Of a DNA stretch of 64,000 nucleotides, positions 13,001-19,311 are shown piece after piece. The translations under genes and the position numbers were made by a program. Under the pieces are notes generated by a model that saw only the letters and a list, made by a program, of their open reading frames with translations, was not told the origin of the DNA and did no database searches. The DNA comes from an uncultured virus (IMG/VR IMGVR_UViG_3300002219_000864) (taxonomy: Duplodnaviria > Heunggongvirae > Uroviricota > Caudoviricetes). Within the stretch, counting starts at the first letter, position 1. Each line of letters starts with the position of its first letter. The stretch lies in the IMG/VR virus record IMGVR_UViG_3300002219_000864, positions 1-64,000 of that record; one strand, written 5' to 3'.

Positions 13001-16000
13001 TTCAAGGCCGCTAACAATTTGGCCGATCTCGGTGTCACTGAACCCTTCTTCATATAATTCCTCCTTTAAACCTATAATATTGATCTCAGTTGTGTCAACA
13101 ATCGCCTCAATATCCTTTTCCGGGATAAAACCGTCATCCTGGAGCTGCTCTTCGGTCAGCGGTATTGCTGCCGTTTCAATCTCCTGTTCCTGTTCCTGTG
13201 CTTTCCCGCCCTTATTCTGAAAACGCGCCATTTCGTCCGTTATAAGGTCGAACACCTCCGACTCGGTCCACTCCACCGTGCCCCGTTCCTGTCCAGCCAA
13301 ACCCGAAGGCGGCTGTTTCATGGGAATTTCCCCGTTGTTCATGGCCTCGTTGAACAATTGGGTAAATGAGTTCCAGCGGGAATCGCTGCCGCCGGCAAGG
13401 TCCTGTCCTTTCCTTATTTTCTGCAAAAGCGGTAAAAAGTACCGGTATTGTTTAAAAAACGTGTAGCATGGAAAGGGGGTATCTTCGGTGATAGCCTTGG
13501 GCTTCTTTGTTGTCTTCGGCGTTTTCTCCTTCGCCTCGGCTGCCGCTGACCCTATCTTTTCACGCTCCTTGATATTGCGCATCAAATCGTCACGGGCACC
13601 CCGTTCCGTCATGGCAACACCGATCACATCCTTATGCGGCCCTTCGGTAACGGTCGCCATATACCCGCCTTTATATGTGTCGCCGGTCGTAATTTTCCTG
13701 AGAGTATGGGGTGGAAGCTCTTTCTTCTTCGCCTTGGCCTGCGCTGCCTCTTCCTCTTTCGTTACTTCGTGGATCCCCATTTTAGCGGGTGCTTTTTTTG
13801 TCTGTGCCCCGGCCTCAAGGCTGGATAACCAGGAACGTAAAATGTTGGCTTCTTTTTTCACGGTCGCTGATGATTCGTCTTTCACGCGCTTCTCTAAGGC
13901 ATTCCGATAGTCCTGTATGGCTCCAAGCAAGGCAGCCTCGCGGGTGTCATATTGCTTGCGTTCGTAGATCCCGGGGTGCCGGCCGTGGCCGCCGTTGGCA
14001 ATGTTGATATTATACCCATACGTCCAGGTGCCGTTCGGGGCTTTGCCGAGGGTTATGCCGTTCGACGAAACATAGCCCTTTTTGGATGGTGGCGCCTCTA
14101 TCTCTTCGGTTTGTAGCTTATACTTTGCCCTGCCTAAATTGTCTCTCTGCTTTTCGGTAAATCCCCATATCGTTTCTGCAAGTTCGTCAGCCTGGGCGTT
14201 GTCAGCTTCCGTGTGAGTTAATCCTTCCGGCATTTTCGTTGTTGACATAGCGCCGGCATAGGGGTGCTTTTGTCTGATTGCTTTAACGGCGGCAGAAATA
14301 TCCCCATTTTCTTGCTTGGCGGTCTGCGATTCTTTCGGCACTTTCCCGCCGAATTGCCGTGCTATATCGGGATATTTGGCAAGGACATCCGGCGGAATAG
14401 GATGCTTGAGCTGCAATGCTACCGCCAGCGATGTTTCGCTCCATTCTCCTTTATTTTCTTTGTCAGTAACGGCTTTCTGGTCAGTTATTTTCTTAAATTC
14501 ACTTTCCGGGGCTGCGCTGGCCATCGAAATTAATTCATTCGGCTGCTTATTTGGGTCTTCATCCCACTTTACGTATAGTCTTATGGTGGGCTGGTCTTTG
14601 GTGGGCTGATATATTTGAGCCACCGTTCCGGTTCGCCCTCCCCGTGTTACCCTGTCTCCTATTGAAAAAGCCGAGCTGGTCGATTTATCGGCCGATTCTT
14701 GTTTAGTGCCACTAAACTTTTCGTCATCTTTTAAATTGGTCGTTGCCGTGGTGTCAGAGGAAGGTGCTTCTGCCCCCTGCTCGCCTGTGTCGCTCGCGAG
14801 AGAGAGTAGTTTATTTGACCGTTCAATTTCTTTTTCATCCGGTGCTATATATCCGCCGGGAGTAAGAGCTTTTCCCTCAATGGTTTTCGTGTCAAGCTCC
14901 AAAACATCGTCTGAAGACACTGTCGATTGCGGTTCAACGATATCCGGTACGGTCATCTCATCGAGTTCGTCCATGGGTTCGCTTGGCAATATCGCTGCCT
15001 CTTCCGCTGCTTTTTGCGCTTCCTGTGCCATCCGTATCCCGTCAGCCATGCCTGATGGAAGGTTGGCCATACGCGCGTTGTCGAGAATGACACGGTCCAT
15101 GCGCTGTATTTCCGGGTGTTGTTCACCCAGAACTGCCGCTGCCTTCTGTCTGATGACTCCTGCCTGCTCGGTCGTGATCTGTCCGTTTTCTAAAGAGTTT
15201 TTTACCTGTTCGACAATAGCGGTTGCCTGCTGGTCGCCAGGTGGTAACGGCGGTGTCGGCTGTGGAGATGGTGGCATCGTTGGCGGCTGCGTTCCTGGTG
15301 GGGTCATCGGGGGTTGTACTGCTGGCTGTCCCATTATTGGCGGTTGCGTTGCCGGTTGCCCGCCCAATTCTCCCGTGACTGGTTCGCCGGCCTTTGTTAC
15401 ATCCTTCGTTCCAGCTTCATAAGTCTTCCGAGCGATTGCCCCAGTTGCTCCGCCGATACCAAAGCCACCCACTGCCCCGGCTGCCGCTGCATCGACCGCC
15501 TCCAGAAATTGTTTCCTGGTCAACAAGTCGCTTGGGTCAATACCGTATTGTTCTGCATATGCCTGGAAGAATTCCTCCGATCCTTCACCGAGCATCTGTG
15601 TCAGCGCGGACTGGCTTATGCGGTTCCACAACCCCTTCTTCGCAAATTCAGCAACGTCGGGACCAAATTTGAGCAGCTTGGCCGTTGCTTTCTCAGTGCC
15701 GAGTTCCTCGAACTTCGACGCGATGAATATTGCGGCCAGTCCCCGAAGTGGGCTGAGCTCCCTGGTTTCCCCTTTCTCAAGGCGTTCAATCTGGCCACCG
15801 AGGATCTCTCCCCCTTCCATCATGGCAATGGGTACGTCCATGGGTTTGAGCTTCGCCCAATCCACAAGATACGACAATGCCTTCTTGCCCAGGGTCGTCT
15901 TCGCCACCTCCGGCGCAACCTTGGCCATCTGGACAGCCCTGCCCTGGAGCATAAACGGTGCGGTTATCGCTACCTGCGCCCCCATCTGCCCCAGTGCCCC

Positions 16001-16525
16001 GGCCCCCCACTTGAAAAAGCCTTCCGGATCCTTTATGTCATAAATGGACCCGACTTCCGGCTCAACTTTCTTTAACGGCTCATCCCAATACTGCCGCACC
16101 TGTTTCCCGAACCGCGTCGTCGCACCTTCCTTTGGTGGCCCAGGAGGCGGTTCATAGGTCGGCCCGTTCGGATCCGCTTTTGGTATAGGTGTCCCTAAAT
16201 GCTCCGGCCCAATCTCGTCTATACCCCACTCCGGAGGCGAGCCTGTGTACTGGTCGCCTATTCGTCCGAGGTACTCGATGGCAGAGCCTATGCCCTTGTT
16301 CGCCTGGAGCCATCCGCGGGCAATGCCTTTGACGCCTTCCCGCGTGATGCCCACCATGCTCTCCCCGATCTTCCGGTAGATGCTTCGGTCGTCCGTGTCG
16401 GGGCCGAACGTTTCCGTTGTCCCGGCCAGTTCATCAAGAAATCCTCGTTTTGCCGGTTTTTCTGCTTTTTTTCCCTCTATTGTCGTTGTTCCAGCGAGTT
16501 CATCAAGAAAGTTGTCGTTAGCCAC
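1004..16525 (-). CDS. Giant (5173 aa) DarB-like polyvalent virion/ejection protein: N6-adenine MTase, Strawberry-notch SF2 helicase, RadC/JAB, zincin-like HExxH peptidase, helical C-terminal region
   Basis: GTG start with GGAGG SD. MTase motifs VLEPSAGVGG (~9780) and NPPF (~9575). SBNO motifs GDGTGVGKGRE (~8510), DESH (~8195), QGLGRTHRSNQ (~6975). JAB HNHPSG...S.ED (~5260). HETIGH (~4350). Last gene of the structural module. Confidence 0.9.
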   Translation of the reverse strand: MANDNFLDELAGTTTIEGKKAEKPAKRGFLDELAGTTETFGPDTDDRSIYRKIGESMVGITREGVKGIARGWLQANKGIGSAIEYLGRIGDQYTGSPPEWGIDEIGPEHLGTPIPKADPNGPTYEPPPGPPKEGATTRFGKQVRQYWDEPLKKVEPEVGSIYDIKDPEGFFKWGAGALGQMGAQVAITAPFMLQGRAVQMAKVAPEVAKTTLGKKALSYLVDWAKLKPMDVPIAMMEGGEILGGQIERLEKGETRELSPLRGLAAIFIASKFEELGTEKATAKLLKFGPDVAEFAKKGLWNRISQSALTQMLGEGSEEFFQAYAEQYGIDPSDLLTRKQFLEAVDAAAAGAVGGFGIGGATGAIARKTYEAGTKDVTKAGEPVTGELGGQPATQPPIMGQPAVQPPMTPPGTQPPTMPPSPQPTPPLPPGDQQATAIVEQVKNSLENGQITTEQAGVIRQKAAAVLGEQHPEIQRMDRVILDNARMANLPSGMADGIRMAQEAQKAAEEAAILPSEPMDELDEMTVPDIVEPQSTVSSDDVLELDTKTIEGKALTPGGYIAPDEKEIERSNKLLSLASDTGEQGAEAPSSDTTATTNLKDDEKFSGTKQESADKSTSSAFSIGDRVTRGGRTGTVAQIYQPTKDQPTIRLYVKWDEDPNKQPNELISMASAAPESEFKKITDQKAVTDKENKGEWSETSLAVALQLKHPIPPDVLAKYPDIARQFGGKVPKESQTAKQENGDISAAVKAIRQKHPYAGAMSTTKMPEGLTHTEADNAQADELAETIWGFTEKQRDNLGRAKYKLQTEEIEAPPSKKGYVSSNGITLGKAPNGTWTYGYNINIANGGHGRHPGIYERKQYDTREAALLGAIQDYRNALEKRVKDESSATVKKEANILRSWLSSLEAGAQTKKAPAKMGIHEVTKEEEAAQAKAKKKELPPHTLRKITTGDTYKGGYMATVTEGPHKDVIGVAMTERGARDDLMRNIKEREKIGSAAAEAKEKTPKTTKKPKAITEDTPFPCYTFFKQYRYFLPLLQKIRKGQDLAGGSDSRWNSFTQLFNEAMNNGEIPMKQPPSGLAGQERGTVEWTESEVFDLITDEMARFQNKGGKAQEQEQEIETAAIPLTEEQLQDDGFIPEKDIEAIVDTTEINIIGLKEELYEEGFSDTEIGQIVSGLEAASDNQIAGKEFAERLAALKEQVKKSKTERPAPTTDGELFNTNDIFTLSGNQPVKQGEFKTTKEPKAELFTRPKPVFQTEREKEEEQKKKLAEALAAKNKPQKINVPPTEDLSKKSINELVTDAFDIINHFIEEDEGKVSDTRIDYGKTEGIKQELYQKLRPILEEIAKRATTKGLDVKAYLFGAVDAQPEGKAKQFYEAAAAQYAEEQNKPVPEVAKTEAPKEIEEGPAEEGFSWGPVSSALAENIGDVDEELGARLKKLVGPRFSDYEAVVDETKKAIKEAIEGGETEKANNIKDELHTTTGNLRMPTAEQRAASRAMEGKETPVGINPTGTTSETGAKKPPFGPTELLGTIPDKENNLEIFVAGNINGNSFSVSIRDNDSMEFLPTVMIFPSEKKAWDVAAEIAQGKKAKIDPPDGWRDHLIKARMYAGMLGVKFEGNWYTSKIVEAIDKKLMADAGKPAGKGKTFDMSLSERIRDLTIEKAKPYLNADNGERNILIALEKWANEAHGDVVNEILSSNAPLSESQRVYLNTWDAKSFAEAVLKYIKRHDLMTKKQEAEAPKETPKPETYKAGDRVVINDKHYGLSMRGRHGVVKAVGGYTMTPIFGGQSSHTVTYEVETDNGLSFPSMQAKELERETEPFTGKLVKDIYFDGRWQTPENVFGMISYSKKHAQNSREAATRARKDSNRASHLRVAASYDKDAQKYQDAFDAWASQYPEEAEKIRPKPKEQPPQQQAAHTPETGTVTGTSDAYDKLKSVGLTLVKTTTKNGHPVWNLGGNTRNYKDAIKKARGIWYGPKKVWSFYGTEDPAEKITKAFDAMYSHPDMVPWQSKKGGTEKSPLTTGRGALIPKAIGKNKYGQEIFEDEKGVRSIMEGPIRITEPVGLTPTRNGITFDVERKDPRFLTTDESTQTTAAPNATGQGTQPKQPQAPSPTEERMDADKIKAARAIMAKVDAALANQETFTREQLMKWGEEAYGGTIASGAFTWKDLFDAMELGINRYLGQGQRLYDPTRGMVIDARDTIDSIREHVLDKIPSQHGFRTKEMDEYQQFSTPPDLAFLMAWVANIKPGETVLEPSAGVGGLAVFARNAGAKVYVNELSQRRASMLRQMGFGQVFTENGEQLNNILPDHIKPTVIIMNPPFSATAGRMQGRRSPENLIRHIGQALSRLKPGGRLVVLTGKGLFGESKTFNEWLDNIDVTNDVIADITISGEGYKKYGTTYDNRLIVIDKSKMNATVIQEEVSDIKHAVALLKGVRDARNSVTEQPSAQPGSEEVSQGSRPVDAVLPPAGGGTVERGQGPAQQRPGPGGIPLLRGAGGAGTETGLETAPEGRGPGGPERAADDISGRPGVGGSRPADEHAGSGKLLTPEPALTVQQTEEYSDEDLESGNIFEEYTPSIKIDGAQPHPAELVESAAMATVKAPKTRYVPNIDKKLAETGALSDVQLEAITMAGQAHGETLDSGVYLDAQGNVASSGSQEGKTFHTFRKGFFIGDGTGVGKGREIAGIILDNWNRGRRRALWISQNTDLIHDAKRDLIALGMDPNLVIDYATVKFGQPIKQKEGILFISYDTLKYKKGAARRIDPVVEWTGEDFDGVIAFDESHNMGNALSTRGKRGTKKPSMKAVVGVELQSRLYNSRVVYASATGATEVANLSYCDHLGLWGKGTPFSNKRNFIEQISGAGIAGMEMIAQGLKAMGSYSARNLSFDGVKYETIEHELTENQKAIYDEMARSWQIVLQNIHAALQATGVTATNHTGQVITRNGNARKNVMGAFWGAHQRFFNQIITSMQTPTVIKAIEKNLADGDAAVVQLVNTNEAQTDRAMARREEGERLEDLDLTPREGLMNYLEHSFPVQQYEEYTDDNGNIRSRPVLDSKGNPVINREAVAMRDALLRRLGMLKVPDAPLDMIIRHFGIEKAAEATGRSKRLVDKTNDQGEKERVVERWSKAKGLNDIHAFMNDKKQLLVFSDAAGTGRSFHADKTEKNQRLRHHYLLQPGWRADRAIQGLGRTHRSNQKQPPYVHLVTTNLKGQKRFISSIARRLEQLGSLTKGQRDTATQGIFKLKDNLENSHARQAFIRLIHTIYRGGIENMSMAEFEQETGMRLTDDQGQLRDDIPEITQFLNRLLSLTVDRQEEVFNAFDAHLDKIIEKAAADGTLDAGMETILAKGAKRTREEIVYTGPQGEQTKYNEIELSEDAVTVDFRTSKMWAASGYVVNKKSGVVWAANRERITTDTGTGEVTAVVTLTSPRGTVHVVEAQDLKDGEKYERIDDMAKAEAIWGEQHDKVPKTKTRKIHLITGALLPIWDRLPQEHVRVMRLKLNTGEKLLGRLIPDRSLNGVLKKLNVDKSTAAYTPEQAYNAILDNGETIQLANDWTLKRVRTQGMDRIEVTGETLWRFETQLEHSGALIERISYKTRVFIPTGDDGIAVMKEILAISPIFDVEGGGGQLTTSIAENKLGYGDKAQEQGALFNTDTAESGRTSRRRPSAVSRKQEVFTERIGSYRAGTSKIRSIDDVSEIARNLLDDPQETFAAILTKDDGTVHSVHRISRGGISSSIVQPVVAVGQALNTEGVTGLWFIHNHPSGVAELSEEDKNVGDRLFRLAQGSGATVHGIMAVTPTEYVAMNYYEGGVRDTTGKMLKKRPQTETIPVVERRYSKQKTGRLAASSPAEAVKIFNLAGIKEDNPNITVGFFDVRNKLISTIAIERLTPIRGEIQRMLLKEAERRNASNMIVYAPQRALLEEEARNISNFGKAANLQVLDVIDAGGSMMKRGMVTPDADPTFLKLTTADDMKNLSFDIRPPKTPRFSVDQVRQFLALPLNQWKNIGKVQVIKSGRELPVRFMRYVQEGDTIFGAYDQETDTTYIIADSIPNARSAIVTLIHETIGHRGITAILRNADVDLIWQQIAKAYQGTPLMDRIVTGYGQKMGTLRLPLDLNDRDDRRVAVNEFIAHMAEAREATPVWTRVFGIIRAALRRIAPNLAWTDADILHLIDRARSYSGVMPKATTGTYFKKAMESHSTGSTVLDDILRQIEAIAPPEPKASPLEIKGWLRDHAKAAAATIMAHMPENLPHAHFLERVLKNPLWYEHPVLKQLFNVMAHHRQETYHELFYDFNDTGKATTVSEEVARLRKTDRKGYEDLSRILIVADTEWVREKEWTFEDRIKNMKVSEDVKRVALLIRAAFDKMLDARQAPMKELLKKLEEQGYEEDPFALEEEGTKNFHIFTVRPTKEFDSFWTASGKERQERAGLPYHQGINYIMGHSRAGGVEVQAIHFSKEAFTEQTAEDWWNDHKQSFRKAHKDYKAELRQTIMGALQVMDQWRGYYFPRLRKTGSIVITAYKEDEFGDRHYIREQGSKYWSELRSKELEREGYHEVKVRDSQRLPESVYLNIRTIDVQKSIDYAVTGMKSTISADLLAKFNEDLIEQAATMIRERGIESTKIHRVPKGRVVKGYIEDPIEAYLRYTSGVAGGMAKGEVSQKATELLQQIDPTNEPKAYDTAKRYIEENLRNSDIADRVMAYAKAVATLKFLGFNPRSAVVNLTAIVTSAPAAIHQYAGGGKVSMVTVHKEIASAGRSYAKHMAGRTLVAEDQVVAERITREGYDAPQLTRDALGAMQGGLERSWDRMMKVAMFMFSKTEQWNRGTTILAAYKVAKQRFEREGLTGEELVEASYSAAIEATDKAHAAYGKANMPEWAQGTSASARVGQAMYVYGNFGHNYVELLYDLGAKKHNIVGFTWALAAPLIIAGGAAWPFKDELLWLINGMLRMLGITTGVDKFVWDKTRKYLGEHAEVLGRRGTFGLAGVDISGSLGIGLGIPTGLLGLTGAIGGVAEDIAKASHFVSTGQTGRALEKTLPTAAANILRGIREAKTGVVTEKTRVLWDKGIKPYKPTVGETAARVIGFQSSRQSLTRERSNEMYQEEQGFVKRKDALYEELRTWAVNPNRTNTGLTKIYKKQGEYNKALINAGLAGRVPLIRSSEMSRQIKGVMVPTKRELLRVGE
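5446..5625 (-). CDS. Candidate overprinted 59-aa ORF inside the giant gene (+1 frame), probably leaderless
   Basis: MATKHKNRVRYSIPTPPNPDELLVEDPAPYRVNKKFSLKESAAIALEQARLEALTMLVR*; ATG lies 5 nt after a TTGACA-17-TAAACT promoter. Confidence 0.5.
   Translation of the reverse strand: MATKHKNRVRYSIPTPPNPDELLVEDPAPYRVNKKFSLKESAAIALEQARLEALTMLVR
5631..5659 (-). promoter_or_regulatory. Intragenic sigma70-like promoter
   Basis: Minus strand TTGACA (5659-5654), 17 bp ACCAGTATCGCAGAGAA, TAAACT (5636-5631). Confidence 0.65.
8896..9225 (-). CDS. Candidate overprinted 109-aa protein in the MTase-helicase linker of the giant gene (+1 frame)
   Basis: SD AAAGGAG (9238-9232) 6 nt before ATG. Product has globular helical composition, while the host frame here is low-complexity G/P/R-rich. 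Confidence 0.65.
   Translation of the reverse strand: MRETVSQNNHPLNQAAKKFLKDPDPSMLYCLQLVEEQWNAGRVPLNSVRGQEVYPFFEELAGLEPKRAWRLLQRDGDLADQRELPTISAEDLAWAVVDQLTSMLEAANY
9285..9312 (-). promoter_or_regulatory. Intragenic sigma70-like promoter with extended -10
   Basis: Minus strand TTGACA (9312-9307), 16 bp spacer ending in TGC, TACAGT (9290-9285); about 60 nt upstream of the nested ATG at 9225. Confidence 0.6.
12931..13053 (-). CDS. Candidate overprinted 40-aa basic peptide inside the giant gene (+1 frame)
   Basis: AAAGGAGG (13067-13060), 6 nt, then ATG: MKKGSVTPRSAKLLAALKQQVIIKSLAKSLLKDLRPSKNK*. TTGTTGACA at 13101-13093 and TATTAT at 13079-13074 upstream. Confidence 0.4.
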   Translation of the reverse strand: MKKGSVTPRSAKLLAALKQQVIIKSLAKSLLKDLRPSKNK

Positions 16526-16539
16526 GCTTTGTCCTCCCG

Positions 16540-17910
16540 TTACCGTACACCCTTAAATTGTTTCCAGCCCTGCTTTATGCTGTCCTCGCTGTAGCCTGCC
16601 GCTATGAGCCTGTCATACATGGCTTTTTGGCCAAGTGTGCCGGCATTATCGCGGAAATAATCAGCCGCTTTGGAAATGTTGCCGGTTTTATTTGCCTTGT
16701 AATCCTGTTTCCCGTTTCCGCCGATAGCTCCGCCGGCCTTGGGCTGTTTGCGGTACCGTGCCCAGTGATCGGGGTAGTCTTCTTGCATGAGTGATTCAAG
16801 GCTGTTGATCTGCCCCTGGATCGTGGCCTTTGCCGCCTCGATCTGATCTTGCGGTATGATCTGTTGCGTAATCGGGTCAACGCCCTTCTGGATGCCGGCC
16901 ATGGATTTGTAGAGGCCGTTGAGCTGGCCCAGGTGCATTCTAAATTCCCGTGTATCAGCCGCGCTGCCCCTGCCATTTCCGCCGCTCCCTCCACCGCCGT
17001 CGGGTTTATGGATGCGGTATGGTGCGCCGAATGGTACGTCGTGGTTGCCCGTCTGCGGGTTCCACTGGAATTTCTGCTGCATATTCGGGCCGATGGGCTT
17101 CTCGACGTACATCTGCGGTGTCGGCACCTTCCCTCCGGCTGCGGTTGGCTTCTGGACCATCTCAAACGTTCCGTTTTTGTTCCAGCGGACAAGGCCGTCG
17201 CCGCCTATTTTCATGAAGCTCCACTCACCCTTTTGGGTAATATCCCCCGGCTTGACCTGGCCATATTTCTTTGTGATCCACGGGTTGGAGTTCCATGCCT
17301 TCATGGCTCCCTGTGGTGATATCTTCGCAATCGCAAAAATGTTGTCGAGTTCGGCCTTCTGAATCTTATTGGCCGCGTCAAACTGGCCATTCGCCAGGAG
17401 CGTGTCATGGATCTTCATCATCATCTTGCCGCGTTCTTGAAGTGCCGGTTCGTTTTGCGGCGGGTTCGTCACCGGGTCGTTGTTCTGGAGTTCTACTGGC
17501 CCCGGTATGGATTGCTGCCCTGGTGCCTGCGGTGGTGCTTGAGGTGGTGGCTGCGCTATGGCCGTTCCGGACCCGCTGTCAACGTTCGGCTGTCCGATTG
17601 TCGTCACGGTTGGTACCGATGGAGCAGGGGTACCCGACGTCAGCAACAATGGAGACACCTGGGGTTGCTGTGGCTGCCCGCCGCCGATAGCCGGACCTGG
17701 CGGAAGGTTCGCCACCGCGTTCCGGTATTCGTCAACGTGGCCCTTTATTGTCGCCAGGAGTTCCTCTTCCCGCTGCGCTTTTCTCAGCTGGAGGGCGTGG
17801 GTGTCTTTTCTCATTCCCAGTTCTTCGTTGCGGATCGCGCGTTCATCTATTTCGGGGATCCCCTTGTTGAGTGCGTGGGTAAAACCTATGGACACGTCTT
17901 TTAAATTCAT
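16540..17910 (-). CDS. Putative internal virion/ejection protein
   Basis: 456 aa, Q/G/P-rich with helical stretches; position between tail genes and the giant gene is typical of podoviral ejection proteins. Confidence 0.6.
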   Translation of the reverse strand: MNLKDVSIGFTHALNKGIPEIDERAIRNEELGMRKDTHALQLRKAQREEELLATIKGHVDEYRNAVANLPPGPAIGGGQPQQPQVSPLLLTSGTPAPSVPTVTTIGQPNVDSGSGTAIAQPPPQAPPQAPGQQSIPGPVELQNNDPVTNPPQNEPALQERGKMMMKIHDTLLANGQFDAANKIQKAELDNIFAIAKISPQGAMKAWNSNPWITKKYGQVKPGDITQKGEWSFMKIGGDGLVRWNKNGTFEMVQKPTAAGGKVPTPQMYVEKPIGPNMQQKFQWNPQTGNHDVPFGAPYRIHKPDGGGGSGGNGRGSAADTREFRMHLGQLNGLYKSMAGIQKGVDPITQQIIPQDQIEAAKATIQGQINSLESLMQEDYPDHWARYRKQPKAGGAIGGNGKQDYKANKTGNISKAADYFRDNAGTLGQKAMYDRLIAAGYSEDSIKQGWKQFKGVR

Positions 17911-19298
17911 TAGTACACCTCCCCGGTTATTCTTTCATATTGTGGAACCAACGCGCCGAATATACTGCATAATCCAAGAAATGCCTTGGTTACGAAATAG
18001 CTCGTCACGGACGGCCATCTGGTTGTCTTTCCTGTAGCCCACATTCCGTATGGTATGAGCCGGTCAACGAGGAGCCGCTTTACTGCTTTTTTCAGCCCGG
18101 GCTTTTGCGTCATGCGAGGCACGAGCAGTTCAGCCATAACATAATAGCCGCGGATCTGCCGCTTTGACATGAACCGGTCGCGGTATTCTTTGGCGATCTG
18201 AACCTCTTTTGAATTACTTCCATGGCAGCACGTGACGATGATGCAGTCATCCTCGAAGGCCGTGGCTACACCTCCGGCTATGCCGCCGAGAAGCCCGCCG
18301 ACCGCTGTTCCTACCCCTGGGAAAACCCATGTTCCCGCTGCGGCCCCTGCCGCTGCTCCGCCTGTAACACCTCCGGCGATGTCCTGTTCGTTTTCTCCGC
18401 CCTGGCCCAAAAGCATGGCCTTTCCCACGTCGTCCCTGACGCCCGTGGCTCCCATGATACCGGATGCAATGGATCCTGCGCCAGCCGGCCCAAGTGCGGA
18501 CGTTGCCGAGAAGGCTGGTGCCGTCGATGCAACCTGGCTGCCTATCTGCGTCGCCCCTGTTTCCGCCAGCGCGCTTCCCCCAAGTTCTGCCACCGGCTCT
18601 ATCAAGTTTGTTCCCAGTTCCGCTACCGGTGTTGCTATTCCCTGCCCTCCGAGTTGGCTTGAAGGAAGGATCGCCCCGCCGGTTTCCACGGTCGGCCCGA
18701 CAAGCGGACCAGGTGTTACCGGTGGTGCCGTTACCGGCCCCGGCCCCGGCAGTGTTGACGGTGCAAGCTCAAGCGATTCCATGTTGGCCGCGCTTCCATA
18801 CCCGGCCAAGGGGTTCCCCTCCGGCATGAGCGTGGGTTGTCCGCCGAGGCTTACGTTTTCTCCGCCAAGCGTCTTCATTCTGCCAAGCTCCATGGGCTGT
18901 CCGCCGATGGTGTTCAGCTCTCCCGATACCGACGCGCCGGGCGTTGCCCCTGGCTTTGCTGTTTCCGGGAAGAATTTTTTATCAACGTATTTGGCCCCGT
19001 AACGAAGGCCGATGTTCCCGAGGGTGCCGCCGATCCCTTTGGCCATCTCCGCGTCCTGTGCCTTTCTCGCGGCGTGTTCCTGGCGTCTCGTCTCGTAAGC
19101 CTCTTTCATCCCGGTCACGTTCTCCGCTCCCTGGAGCCTGTTCAGATCGGTGCCGGTCTTCAGCGCGGCACTGTACATGGCCTCCATCATTTCGGGGGTA
19201 ACCACGGTCCCGGTAGCCTGCATCTGCCGCATCTTCGCCTCGATCTGCTTGAGTGCGTCCGGTTGTAAGCTGTAATTTGTAGTATTTGGTGTTCTCAT
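17910..19298 (-). CDS. Putative ejection protein with glycine-zipper segment and C-terminal CFI-box-CTERM-like domain
   Basis: GGAAAGAAAGTWVFPGVGTAVGGLLGGIAGG followed by DDCIIVTCCHGSNSKEVQIAKEYRDRFM...GYY; translationally coupled (TAATG) to the next gene. Confidence 0.6.
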   Translation of the reverse strand: MRTPNTTNYSLQPDALKQIEAKMRQMQATGTVVTPEMMEAMYSAALKTGTDLNRLQGAENVTGMKEAYETRRQEHAARKAQDAEMAKGIGGTLGNIGLRYGAKYVDKKFFPETAKPGATPGASVSGELNTIGGQPMELGRMKTLGGENVSLGGQPTLMPEGNPLAGYGSAANMESLELAPSTLPGPGPVTAPPVTPGPLVGPTVETGGAILPSSQLGGQGIATPVAELGTNLIEPVAELGGSALAETGATQIGSQVASTAPAFSATSALGPAGAGSIASGIMGATGVRDDVGKAMLLGQGGENEQDIAGGVTGGAAAGAAAGTWVFPGVGTAVGGLLGGIAGGVATAFEDDCIIVTCCHGSNSKEVQIAKEYRDRFMSKRQIRGYYVMAELLVPRMTQKPGLKKAVKRLLVDRLIPYGMWATGKTTRWPSVTSYFVTKAFLGLCSIFGALVPQYERITGEVY

Positions 19299-19311
19299 TG
19301 TCCGTCTCCTT

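Noticed and set aside
4600..14900. Other minus-strand TTGACA hexamers in the giant gene (near 4610, 5965, 6568, 7282, 9900, 9925, 11592, 14892)
   Set aside because: No properly spaced -10 box; they are explained by (V/I/L/F)-D codons.
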